Source: Octopus sinensis (taxonomy: Eukaryota). Taken from it: a stretch of 64,000 nt of DNA. The translations under genes and the position numbers were made by a program. The notes below the pieces were generated by a model. That model did not search any database, was not told where the DNA came from, and was given only the letters and a program-made list of their open reading frames with translations. This document shows positions 12,693-24,351 of the stretch, piece by piece (the stretch's first letter is position 1; each line of letters begins with the position of its first letter). The DNA lies in assembly GCF_006345805.1 (NCBI RefSeq), contig NC_043013.1, positions 8,680,001-8,744,000 on the forward strand. The letters are read 5' to 3'.

Positions 12693-13144
12693 TGAATGTC
12701 TGTTTTCCATGGTGGCATGAGTTGGACAGTTTGTCAAGATCTGGTATGGTACAGAGCTGTGTTGAGCTCCAGTGTCAACTTTGGCTTGGTTTCTATGACG
12801 AAATACCCTGTGTAAACCAATGACTTTAAAATGTGAAGTGGGTGCTTTTTTTTTTTTTATGCTACTAGCACTAGTGAGATCACTGAGTAAACTTGCAAGA
12901 CAGAAAATGATCAAGATAAAAAAAAATCTCCAACAACTAAGGGGTGGGGGCAGTATTAGGGAGAGAGAAGTAGATTTATCTCAGGTGTTGAGCGGTTAAA
13001 ATTTGAAAAAGGGACAAGCACCAAGCATGTCTAGAATCTAAAATTTTTCCCTTGTAGAGTACCACAGAGATCTCTTCTTTTACTCTCCTTTTTTAATTTA
13101 TCCCCACAAAACCTCCTCAAAAAATTTACACAACATCACAAACA

Positions 13145-13556
13145 GATGTGGCTGTGTGGTAAGTAGCTTGTTTACCAACCACATGGTTCCGGGTTCAGTC
13201 CCACTGCGCGGCACCTTGGGCAAGTCTCTTGTACTATAGCCTCGGGCTGACCAAAGCCTTGTGAGTGGATTTGGTAGACGAAAACTGAAAGAAGCCCGTC
13301 GTATATATGTATATATATATATATATATGCATGTGTGCATATGTGTTTGTCCCCCTAGCATTGCTTGACAACTGATGCTGGTGTGTTTATGTTCCCTTTA
13401 CTTAGCGGTTCGGCAAAAGAGACCGATAGAATAAGTACTGGGCTTACAAAAGAATAAGTCCCGGGGTCGAGTTGCTCGATTAAAGGCGGTGCTCCAGCAT
13501 GGCCGCAGTCAAATGCCTGAAACAAGTAAAAGAGTAAAAGAGTAAAAGAGTAAAGA
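13145..13556 (+). mobile_element. SINE-A
   Basis: Near full length with a (GAGTAAAA)n tail. Confidence 0.9.
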
Positions 13557-14297
13557 GATAATCATTCTCAGTTGCATCTTCCCACCTCTACTCCTTAAAT
13601 ACGGCTGCATGACTTCTCCAACTCTACATTAACTAGAAGCCTTGCACCAGAACACTAAACTTATGATTAATTAATCCACATTGCTCCATAAGGAACATTG
13701 GGGCCACTTTCTTGGTTTCCCTGACATACATATTCCTCCCTGAATAGAATGTTGGTTTGTTACAGGATTACTAATTTTCACTAGCTGGATGGAGTGGAGC
13801 AGTGTGAAAATGAAGTGTTTTGCTCAAGAACACAATGCATTGCCTAGTCCAGGAATTGAAATCGCAATCTTATGATCAGGAGCCCAACACGCTAACCACT
13901 AAGTCAACTTTCTTAAACAGAACCTCTTTCATACCAGAAACACCAGAAAGCATCAATTGCAGTGAACCTTCACACTCAGCTGTATAAACATACTATAAAT
14001 ACAAGCACAACAGACAAATGTACCAAGAATTATTTACAACTCTAAAACATCCTCAATACACATAGAAGTTACAACAGTGAATGCAAAACAATGCATAAAC
14101 ACACTTAGAGCACTCACAGAAAGAATAACATTAACGTACAAACAATATAATTAGATCCATTAAGGATTATGCTAGTGCTGTCTTTGTTTACAGTCTTTCT
14201 GTAACAGATCATGATAAATTATCAAGAATACAAAACAGCCCACTTTACAATATCACAGATCACACCAACAAACCACCTACACAACAAAATGAAAATA

Positions 14298-14512
14298 CTC
14301 ATTTACTCTTTTACTTGTTTCAGTCATTTGACTGCAGCCATGCTAGAGTACCACCTTGAGTCAAGCAAATTGACCCCAGGACTTATTCTTTAGAAGCCTA
14401 GTACTTATTATATCGGTCTTTTTTGCCGAACCGTTAAGTTATGGGGACGTAAACACACCAGCATCGGTTTTCAAGCAATGTTGGGAGGACAAACACAGAC
14501 ACACAGACATTT

Positions 14513-14520
<8 letters not shown>
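14298..14520 (-). mobile_element. SINE-A 3' half
   Basis: Tail half only; ends in the (TA)n tract. Confidence 0.85.
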
Positions 14521-14574
<54 letters not shown>

Positions 14575-14577
<3 letters not shown>

Positions 14578-14982
14578 CGCAGGAGTGGCTGTGTGGTAAG
14601 TAGCTTGCTTACCAACCACATGGTTCCGGGTTCAGTCCCACTGCGTGGCATCTTGGGCAAGTGTCTTCTATAGCCCCGGGCCGACCAATGCCTTGTGAGT
14701 GGATTTGGTAGACGGAAACTGAAAGAAGCCTGTCGTATATATGTATATATATATAAGTGTGTGTGTATATGTTTGTGTGTCTGTGTTTGTCCCCCTAGCA
14801 TTGCTTGACAACCGATGCTGGTGTGTTTATGTCCCCGTCACTTAGCGGTTCGGCAAAAGAGACCGATAGAATAAGTACTGGGCTTACAAAGAATAAGTCC
14901 CGGGGTCGATTTGCTTGACTAAAGGCGGTGCTCCAGCATGGCCGCAGTCAAATGACTGAAACAAGTAAAAGAGTAAAAGAGT
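14575..14982 (+). mobile_element. SINE-A, full length
   Basis: Complete head to tail. Confidence 0.92.
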
Positions 14983-14987
14983 AATAT

Positions 14988-15154
14988 GTAGGTCCCGGAT
15001 TGAGTCGGGGTTAACCACAGTAAATAAGGTACTCAATACATAGCAGAGTAAATTAATTTATTTTATAGAAGGAGCTTCTACAGGACTAGAACTGTTTTTT
15101 TTTTTTTTTTTTGAATGAAACAGTTCTAGTCCTGTAGAAGCTCCTTCTATAAAA
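14988..15154 (-). mobile_element. Second copy of the fold-back Penelope-like end, hairpin tip replaced by poly-T
   Basis: Reverse complement of 3021-3098 plus arms agaaggagcttctacaggactagaactgttt / aaacagttctagtcctgtagaagctccttct. Confidence 0.7.
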
Positions 15155-15199
<45 letters not shown>

Positions 15200-15894
15200 G
15201 ACAGGCTTCTTTCAGTTTCCGTCTACCAAATCCCCTCACAAGGCTATAGTAGAAGACACTTGCCCAAGGTGCCATGTATTGGGAATGAACCCGGAACCAT
15301 GTGGTTGGTAAGCAAGCTACTTACCACACAGCCACTAATAATAATTAGAATATCTGATTTAGGCCAGTGCCACGTATAAAGCACCCAAAACACTCTGTAA
15401 ATTGGCTGGTGTTAGGAAGGGCATCCAACTGTAGAACACATGCCAAAACAGACAATTGATTTGACCAGCATTGGATTAACCATTAAGCGAAATAAGCATA
15501 TGCTTAGGGCATCAAGGAAGGTGTTGGGGGCACTGCAGAAATAGTAAATGGTTTACAACAAAAAAGAAATCACTTTAAACTTGCTAAAATAATTTTCAAA
15601 GTGGTTTATATGATCAGAGATATAATTTCAAAGTGTTCGTGGTGTTATAGTGAGAACATGATCAAAGAATTTGCAATTAAAAAAAGTAGGAGAAAGTAGG
15701 CACCATGCAGTAGAAATATAAGAAAATAAACACTATTTTCCAAATTACTGTTAGTTCTGTTTCATTCTGAAAAATAAAAATTTATTTTATTTATTTTATG
15801 GTTTTATTATTGTTTATATTTTGAATTACATTATCATTGTTTATATTACATTTATATTACATTGTTTATATTTTGAATTATATTTTGAATTACA

Positions 15895-16853
15895 CAGGGT
15901 GGCCCAAAAGTAGGTTTACAGTTATTCAACTATCTCTTTCGCATTCATATATCAACAGTTTAGATCTTAATTATAAAAAAACTAGCAGTATCGCACGGCG
16001 TTGCTCGGGTTTGTAAGGGAAATAACTATATAAGCATTTTTAGAGATGTAAAGTATAATAGCCATCTCAATATAGCTAACCACAAAGGGGGGGGTGTTAC
16101 TGTAGCTTTTTACGTTCTGAGATTTAATAATAAATTTTTAGAGAGTTACTTCCCTTATATATGCCAAAAATGCATTAAAAATGGGAAAAATTGATGGTAA
16201 ATTTTTTTTTAAATCGTAGACTCATCGTAGACGCGCGCTAATACCCAGAAGGGCTCGATATGAATCACAACTATAAGATACCCGGTTTTGGTTAAACTGC
16301 ACTGCAAAATGTGGGAGTAGTTAGGAATCTAAATCGTAGGAGACAGACAGCACACAACCTCACTTTTATTTATAAAGATATGAAACCATTATTCAGTAAG
16401 ATGGAGCACCTCCACACATGTGTTGACTGTAAGAGACTACCTTAACTAAGCCTTTCCACAGTGTTGGTTTGGAAGAGGGGGCAGCATCAAATGGCCACCA
16501 TGTTCACCTGACATCAATGGGTTTCTTTTTTTGGGGTGTTGTAAGGAACAGGGTTTATGAGAAGAATCCCAAAACAGTAAATGAATTAAAAGATTACATT
16601 TCTGATGCATTCACTGAAATTGATGGAGATCGGAATTTGTGCTGCACTGTGTGTCAGAGAGTTCTGAAGAGGTTTAAAGAATGTTGCAATGTTGAAGGAG
16701 GATGTTTTGAGCATCTGAGAGATTAAACATTGTCTGTTTAAGATGTGCATCAACAATATGATTGTAAAATAGTAATTTAAATGTAATACAATGTTTTAAA
16801 AGAAATTTAAAGTGCCTACGTGATAACCGTAAACCTACTTTTGGGCCACCCTA
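15895..16853 (+). mobile_element. Internally deleted Tc1/mariner-superfamily element
   Basis: 29-bp TIRs (15895-15923, 16825-16853; 2 mismatches). Relic transposase Q*DGAPPH...WPPCSPD...FFWGVVRNRVY...GGCFEHL at about 16390-16726. Confidence 0.88.
15982..16378 (-). mobile_element. Non-autonomous Helitron
   Basis: Minus strand reads A|TC...GC-rich subterminal hairpin...CTAG|T, with no TSD. Shares its 3' end with 11705-12089. Confidence 0.75.
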
Positions 16854-17104
16854 TATATGGGGGCACCAAAATTTTTCAGGTGCTTAAGGCCTCTATGAGA
16901 CTTAATCCAACCCTGATCTTAACCATCACATAGAGCTGTATCAAGAGCGCAACTAACACCCCCACCATGATTGCCAAAAGCAAGTTCAATAACATGAATC
17001 AAAATTGGAGCCCTTATGAGGACATCAGCTTGCTAGAAATAGCAACTGAGTCTCCTACAAATCATGCTTTTCTGTCTTTAAGAAAAGAATGACATATTAG
17101 ACAG

Positions 17105-17344
17105 TGTCATTCTATCTTTTATCTTCTATTTGTTTCAGTCATTAGACTGTGGTCTGGCCATGCTGGGGCACTACCTTAAAGAATTTTAGTCTTATGAATC
17201 AACCCCAGTACTTATTATTTTTGGGTAAAGCCTTGTGCTTATTCTGTCAATCTCTTTTGCAAAACTGCTCAGTCATGGGGCCATAAAAACAGTAACACTG
17301 TTGTCAAGCAGTGGTGGGGGACAAACACACACATGCATGCACAT

Positions 17345-17376
<32 letters not shown>

Positions 17377-17530
17377 TGGGCTTCTTTCAGTTTCTTTCTA
17401 CCAAATCTTCTCACAAGGCCTAGGTCGACCCAAAGCTATACTAGAAGACATTTGCCCAAGTTGCCATGCAGTGGAATTGAACCCAGGACCATATGGTTGA
17501 GAAGCAAACCTCTTACCACACAGCCACGCC
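17105..17530 (-). mobile_element. SINE-A, diverged
   Basis: Homology to other copies. Confidence 0.78.
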
Positions 17531-18514
17531 TATACAAAAAAATCAGTTTGGTCATGACTGGGGCACCTTTGACCATAGGACTTCTGGACCCATGAGGCTA
17601 AACAACAACAACAGCATCAGAACTATTATGGGTTTGTTTATGCTACACCACCACCACCACTACCACCACCACTGGCATAATTCCGATACCCTGTTACAAC
17701 CCATACTAACACACTTACCTCTTCTGCATGCTCCACCCATAGCTATCCTCATCACCATGGTTACAGTATCACATGACTGTGAGGGAAATAATCAATTTTA
17801 TTGTCTGCCAGCAGATAATCTGTATAAAGATTCAATCCCCACCACCACCACCACCACTACCACAACCACCACTACCTCCACCACTACCTCCACCATCAGT
17901 GCCAACATCACCACTACCATTACCACCACTGCCAACACCAACACCACACATACACCGACACATATGTTACTTTGATAACTTATAATTTAATGGTCAAATC
18001 TGTTCAGTGAGGTGGTGGTGGTGGTGGTAGTGGTGGTGGTGGTGGATGAGAATGGGGTAGGTGGGAAGAGGAGTTGTTGGATGAGAAAGAGTGACATTGG
18101 GCTGTGGTGGAGTGTAATAAGGGGATGGTAGAACAATGGCTGAGTGACGGAGCGATGGTGGATCAGAGTGGGTGACGGCTGATAGAATGATGTTAAATAG
18201 TGGAGAAGAGGTGATGATGATGATGATGATGATGGGTGGGTAATAGGTGATATTAGTAATGGTAGTAGTAGGTGGTGGAGCTGGCAGAATCGTTACTGTG
18301 CTTGGCAAAATGCATAGCGGCATTTCATATGTGTTTATGTTCTGAGTTCAAATTCCACCAAGGTTGACTTTGCCCTTCATCCTTTCAGAGTTAATAAAAT
18401 AAGTACTTGTTGAACATTGGGGTCAGTGTAATCGACTCACCCACTTCCCTCAAATTGCTGCCCTGGTGGCAAAATTTGAAACTATTATTATTATATTATT
18501 ATTATTATTATTAT

Positions 18515-18555
<41 letters not shown>

Positions 18556-19334
18556 TTCAAGGTGGTTAGCTGGCAGAATTATTAGCATGCTGGGCAAAAT
18601 GCTTAGCAGCATTTCATCTGTCTTTACATTCTGAGTTCAAATTCTGCCAAGGTTGGCTTTGCCTTTCATCCTTTGGTGGGGGGGGGGTCGATAAAATAAG
18701 TACCAGTTGCATACTGGGGTCGATATAGCCAACTTACTCCATCCCCTGATACTGCTGGCCTTGTACTAAAATTTGAAACCGATATTAGCGATGGTAGTGA
18801 AAATACTAATGGTGGGTGGGGGAAGTAACTGATGCTAGTGATGATGGTGATGAGTGATCAGAGTATCTACTTGATGATGTATGATAGAGACTGGCGGTTA
18901 CATTGTTGACTGATGGTGACTGATGACGACTGACAGTGGCTGATGGTGACTGATGGCAACTGACAGTGACTGATGACGACTGACAGTGACTGATGGAAAT
19001 AATGGTGATGTTGAAAGATGGTCATTGTGGTGATTGATGATATCTGATGATCTGCAATGATTCAATGGTTGTTGCTGATGAATGATAATGGTAGACGAAT
19101 GATAGTGGTAGATGAATGATAATGGTAGATGAATGATAGTGGTAGATGGTCCATGCCAGTCTTAGTTTTCTATTACGATTCTGTTCACATCTAGAATACA
19201 TTATAGGAATATAAATCAAACTCAGTGCTTGACTGATCCTTTATTCTATCCCATGATAAAAAGACCTTCGTGAGAATTGATCTGAGAACATAAAGCACTG
19301 CATATGAATTCTGATGCTCTTATGATTCCGTTAA

Positions 19335-19553
19335 CCCTTTGTTGCCATATTTCTGTTGAAACACACTGCCTCGCCTTCAATTAATTTCAAAAATAATGCC
19401 AAGTTTAATAAAATAACCATCTGTATTAATTTGTTGTTTGGAACATAAATCAACCTGAAATGTTGCTGGAATATTATGATTTAGGTCTCTTTAAAAGAAG
19501 AATTTTGTATCTTAGAATCAAGGGTAGCTTCAGGCAGGTTGATATCAAAAGGA
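19335..19553. mobile_element. Second TTAA-type MITE family (decayed)
   Basis: ttaa|ccctttg ... caaaagg|ataa; partial related copy at about 52640-52760. Confidence 0.4.
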
Positions 19554-20399
19554 TAAATCTATCACCTGGAGATGGAGATGGAGATGGAGATGGTCATGAG
19601 TGATGTTGGCTAATGGAAGCTGATGGGAATTTAGTGATTAATAGTCTGTGATGATGTTCATGATTGATGATGGTAGATTTAGTTGTTAGATGGTGATGAT
19701 GGTTGATGATAAATGATTGTGGTGGTTGATAATGGTGTCATCATAGTCGACTGATAGCTAAAATAGTAATAAGGTAGATTGTGTTGAGTGACAGAGGCCA
19801 ATGATAATGGAGGGGAGTAGCAATTGATTGATTATGAATGAAATTGATCATGGTGATGATAGTTGATGGTGGTGGCTGTGATAATTGATTGGTGAGTGAT
19901 GGTGACATTCATGACTGATTTTAATAAGGGTGGATTATGGTGAATGATAGTGGCGGATACTGTTAATGATAATGGAGTTAGTTAGCCACTGGTTGATTAT
20001 AAAGTTAATCATAGTGATGGTGGGTGAAGGTAGTGGTAGTGAGTGATGGTGACACTCATGACTGATAGCTGAAGTGGTAATAAGGGTAGATTATGTTGAG
20101 TGATAGTGGCCAATGCTAGCAATGATAACGCCAGCATTGGCTTCTATAACTCAACAGAGGTAACAGCTGGATGGTTATAAGGTTGAACATGGTGATGATA
20201 GGTAATGACAAGTGATGGTAGATGATGATAATAGCAATGACCAAATGATGAGGATGATGGTGGCAGCAGCAGTGATGGTGGTGGTTGTTGTGGTGGTGGT
20301 GAAGGCAGTTAGTATTGATTTCATCATTGGTAGTTGGGAGTGGGTGATGGTGATGACTATTATTGTTATTGTTGTTGTTTGTTTGTTTGTTTGTTGTTT

Positions 20400-20763
20400 G
20401 TTTGTTGAGTGAAGCGGTCTTCGTCCGTAGTGCGAGAAGTCCGAAACGTAGTCCTTTGCTATTCGTAAGGCCCGCAGAAGAGAAAGCAGGTCAACCCCCG
20501 ACACCTAGAGCATCGATGGATGGATGAATGCGCATCCAGGCTCAGTGGTTGCGTAGGAAGTCGGGAACAAGAAACAGGAAGAAAGAGTGAGAGAAAGTTG
20601 GAGCGAAAGAGTACAACAGGGGTCGCCACCACCACCCTGCTGGAGCCTCATGGAGCTTTAGGTGTTTTCACTCAATAAACACACACAATGCCCGGTCTGG
20701 GAATCGAAACCGTGATCCTCCGACCGCGAGTCCGCTGCCCTAACCACTGGGCCATTGCGCCTC
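20400..20763 (-). mobile_element. SINE-E variant with a different 3' tail
   Basis: Same head and 5' body as 4833-5222; unrelated 3' ~170 bp ending in (CAAA)n. Confidence 0.8.
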
Positions 20764-21144
20764 CACTGTTGTTGTTGTTGCACCCAACATTGGCCCTGAT
20801 TAAGCAGATCTATAACCAAAGTCTTCTGGCCTTGACTATCCTTCCTTTTTGTGTATCCAGGATCATATTGTTCAATATCTCCCTTTTTTTTTTCATTTAT
20901 TTCTAAAGACAGTAAAATATGATCCGATGGAGTTTGGTTGCTGGTTTTAGCGAGTCAAGTGGCTGTATTGATTCTTCCGTTGTTAGCTTAGCTCATGACG
21001 GTTGCGATGACAGACAACCATGGTGATTATGATGTCAACAGTTGTGAGAATATCTGTATCTCATCTGACGTCCAGATGCAGCTGCAAAAATAAAGCCACA
21101 CTATCAAATTGAGAATGGCTTGCAGATTTATCTAATGCAAAGAG

Positions 21145-21315
21145 TGTGTGTGTGTGCGTGTGTGTGTGTGTGCGTGCATGTGTGTGTGCGTGCGTGCATG
21201 TGTGTGTGTGTGCGTGCATGTGTGTGTGTGTGCGTGCATGTGTGTGTGTGTGCGTGCATGTGTGTGTGTGTGCGTGCATGTGTGTGTGTGTGCGTGCATG
21301 TGTGTGTGTGTGCAT
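21145..21315. repeat. 20-bp minisatellite (gtgcgtgcatgtgtgtgtgt)n
   Basis: Direct reading. Confidence 0.9.
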
Positions 21316-21454
21316 CCATATAAGTGTACATATGTGTGCGTGTTACTATGTATATACATGCCTGCATGTTTATGCATGAGTGTGCGATTATGTATTTTCA
21401 TGCATATGCACATTTGTGTGTATTTATGTGTGTGTGCGTGTGTGTACATGTGTG

Positions 21455-21824
21455 TGTGTGCTGGCATATGTGTGACCGAGGGAGAGAGAGAGAGAGAGTG
21501 TCAGTGTGTGCATGCATGGTGACATATGTGTGACCAAGGAAGAGAGAGAGAGAGAGAATGTATGTGTGTGTGTGTGTATGTGCATGCTGGCATATGTGGG
21601 ACCGAGGGAGAGAGAGAGTGAGTGATACTGAGAGAGAGAGAGAGAGCATGTGTGTGTGTATGCTGGCATATGTGGGACTGAGGAAGAGAGAGAGAGAGAG
21701 TGTGTGTGTGTGTGTGTGTGTGCATGCTGGCATATGTGTGGCCAAGGGAGAGAGAGAGAGAAAGAGTGTGTGTGTGTGTGTGTGTGTGTATGCTGGCATA
21801 TGTGGGACTGAGGAAGAGAGAGAG

Positions 21825-21863
<39 letters not shown>

Positions 21864-22095
21864 ATGCTGGCATATGTGTGGCCAAGGGAGAGAGAGAGAG
21901 AAAGAGTGTGTGTGTGTATGCTGGCATATGTGGGACCGAGGAAGAGAGAGAGAGAGAGTGTGTGTGTATGTGTGTGTGTGCTGGTATATGTGTAGCCAAG
22001 GGACAAAGAGAGAGGGAGAGAGAGAGTGTGTGTGTGCATGCTGGCATATGTGTGACCGAGAGAGAGGGAGAGTGTGTGTTTGCATGCTTACATGC
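21455..22095. repeat. Compound minisatellite: (GT)n-gctggcatatgtg-linker-(GA)n, about 10 units
   Basis: Core recurs at about 21461, 21518, 21587, 21663, 21727, 21793, 21867, 21921, 21981, 22041. Confidence 0.9.
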
Positions 22096-22164
22096 ATCCA
22101 TATAAGCATATATGGAGGAGAGTTTAAAGAGACTTGAAATTCCAGTAGACCAGCTGTTAATCCT

Positions 22165-22590
22165 ATACTCTCTTTTACTCTTACTCTTTTACTTATTTCA
22201 CTCATTTGACTGCGGCCATGCTGGAGCACCGCCTTTAATCGAGCAACTCGACCCCGGGACTTATTCTTTTGTAAGCCCAGTACTTATTCTATCAGTCTCT
22301 TTTGCCGAACCGCTAAGTAACAGGGACATAAACACACCAGCATCGGTTGTCAAGCAATGCTAGGGGGACAAACACAGACACACAAACACACACACACACA
22401 CACACATACATATATATATACATATATACGACAGGCTTCTTTCAGTTTCCGTCTACCAAATCCACTCACAAGGCATTGGTCGGCCCGGGGCTATAGCAGA
22501 AGACACTTGCCCAAGATGCCACGCAGTGGGACTGAACCCGGAACCATGTGGTTGGTTAGCAAGCTACTTACCACACAGCCACTCCTGCAC
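22165..22590 (-). mobile_element. SINE-A, full length
   Basis: Complete. Confidence 0.9.
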
Positions 22591-23663
22591 CTATTCTCAT
22601 TAACTTTGGTTTTAATCCTAAACAATCAGCATAGAAAAAAAATGTGATGTTATTTATATGTTATGTTAACATATAATAAATTACTGTGTGTGGATGCTAT
22701 AATGCATAATTGACGTATTTACAGGAAGACCGACTCAAGAATTAAGCATTTTTACTAGTAACGCAAGGTGGCGGTGTTGTTGGTGGTGTATGTATGAGAT
22801 GTTGATCTTTTTCACGGAATGTCAACATCTTATCAAGTCAACCAACTGCAAAAGTGTTTTTACTTTTTTATTTATTACTATTTTTCTTTTTTTTTTTTGG
22901 TTTTGATTTTCAGGATTCTGCACTGTTTTATAGCTTAATCCATATTTCTCATTCCCAAAATGTGTTTTCTCTCTTCCTCCTCTATGTCTCATCTCCCACT
23001 GCTACAAAAGTTTTTGCTCCTCTGAGCATTGTTGGCTTTGTACTGCTGCCATCTTGATGGATCATGTGACTTACCTCTCTTTCTTCTTTCTTTCTTTCTT
23101 TCTTCTTTCTTTCTTTCTTTCTTCCTTCTTTCGTTCTCTCCCTCATTCCTACCATATCATTGGCATAGTTTGGACAGGTTACTACAATCATAGTCAGTCC
23201 TTATTTGGACTGACTACCCTGCCTTGCCCGGCTCTCATAAGACGTCTTGTTCATTCAGTTAATCTTAGCATGATTTGTACACATGGATGCCCTTCCTAAA
23301 ACCAACCTCTTTACATAGAACTCAGAGTGCATTTTATCATAACACCTACACTTTTAGTGGTTGTCATGTCCTCAACAAGATTAAAGAGTTGTGCCAGTGC
23401 CACTTGACTGGCTCCTATGTACTTAGTATGTATGCATACATATACTCTTTTACTCTTTTACTTGTTTCAGTCATTTGACTGCGGCCATGCTGGAGCACCG
23501 CCTTTAGTCGACCAAATCGACCCCGGGACTTATTCTTTGTAAGCCCAGTACTTATCCTATCGGTCTCTTTTGCCGAACTGCTAAGTGACGGGGACGTAAA
23601 CACACCAGCATCGGTTGTCAAGCAATGCTAAGGGGACAAACACAGACACACACACACACACAT

Positions 23664-23868
23664 GTTGATTCGCTAGCCTCTGCATGCATTTTTTTTCTCT
23701 CCTTGTTTCTCTCCGTGTTTCTTTTCTGTGTATCTTTCTGTTGAAGAGCGTAGGCTCGAAACGTAAAAGACTTGTTTTATTTATATTCCTGAGTGCCATA
23801 CTAATACATTTCTTTGTTTGTACTCCACCTGCCTTCGTCTTTTGTTTATTTTCATAAAGCTTCCCGTT
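23664..23868 (+). mobile_element. Penelope-like terminal fragment inserted in the central microsatellite of a SINE-A copy
   Basis: About 200 bp absent from other SINE-A copies; contains the hammerhead-like motif; ends in (TA)n. Confidence 0.5.
23733..23770 (+). ncRNA. Minimal hammerhead-like motif (degenerate core) in a Penelope-like fragment
   Basis: Stem I TCTTT/AAAGA; core CTGTTGA (A6>T) plus an extra A; stem II GAGC-gtag-GCTC; GAA; palindromic ACGT stem III; H17=A. Confidence 0.5.
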
Positions 23869-24071
23869 ATATATATATATACATATATACGACAGGCTTC
23901 TTTCAGTTTCTGTCTACCAAATCCACTCACAAGGCATTGGTTGGCCCGGAGCTATAGCAAAAGACACTTGCCCAAGATGCCACGCAGTGGGACTGAACCC
24001 GGAACCATGTGGCTGGTTAGCAAGCTACTTGTATACATAAGTGATATATATATGTTTCTTTATACTTTCAG

Positions 24072-24351
24072 GAGCATCTGTTTGATATAAGTGATTTGCA
24101 CCAGGAACCACCATTAATTTCTAAATGCGGAAGTCTTGAAGTTACATTTCTCTACAGTCCCGAAGAGAATACAATGAAAATAACAATCTTGCAAGCTCAA
24201 GAAATCCCAAGTAAAGACAGGGGTGGTGCTAATAGTGCCCAAGTCCGAATACTCCTGTTACCAACAAAAAAACAAAGATTCAAAACCAAAATTAAACCAG
24301 GAGATAATCCAGAATTTGGTGAAACATTCACATTTCAAAAAATACAGAAAG
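24072..24351 (+). CDS. SYT14: Synaptotagmin-14/16-like, first identified coding exon (C2A N-terminal part)
   Basis: Acceptor tttcAG at 24070-71. Reads EHLFDISDLHQEPPLISKCGSLEVTF...LLPTKKQRFKTKIKPGDNPEFGETFTF. Donor GTacaa at 24352, phase 1. Matches the SYT14/16 C2A signature (LLPxKKQRxKT). Confidence 0.93.

Larger units (their letters stand above)
15466..16915 (+). mobile_element. hAT-like MITE hosting the Tc1-like element
   Basis: Ends cagcattggattaa / ttaatccaaccctg; homologous to the uninterrupted copy at 31548-32157. Confidence 0.6.
23445..24030 (-). mobile_element. SINE-A with an internal Penelope-like insertion
   Basis: Both halves present around 23664-23868; ends about 40 bp upstream of the 24072 acceptor. 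Confidence 0.88.

Noticed and set aside
15458-16923. 8-bp TSD for the hAT-like copy at 15466-16915
   Set aside because: gatttgac vs atcttaac match at only 4 of 8 positions; not claimed.
21455-22095. CRISPR-like repeat-spacer appearance
   Set aside because: Eukaryotic context, the spacers are dinucleotide microsatellites, and no cas genes are present.
22854-23057. Hydrophobic ORF as a possible Syt14 transmembrane exon
   Set aside because: T-rich low-complexity sequence, ends in a stop, has no usable donor and no recognisable similarity.
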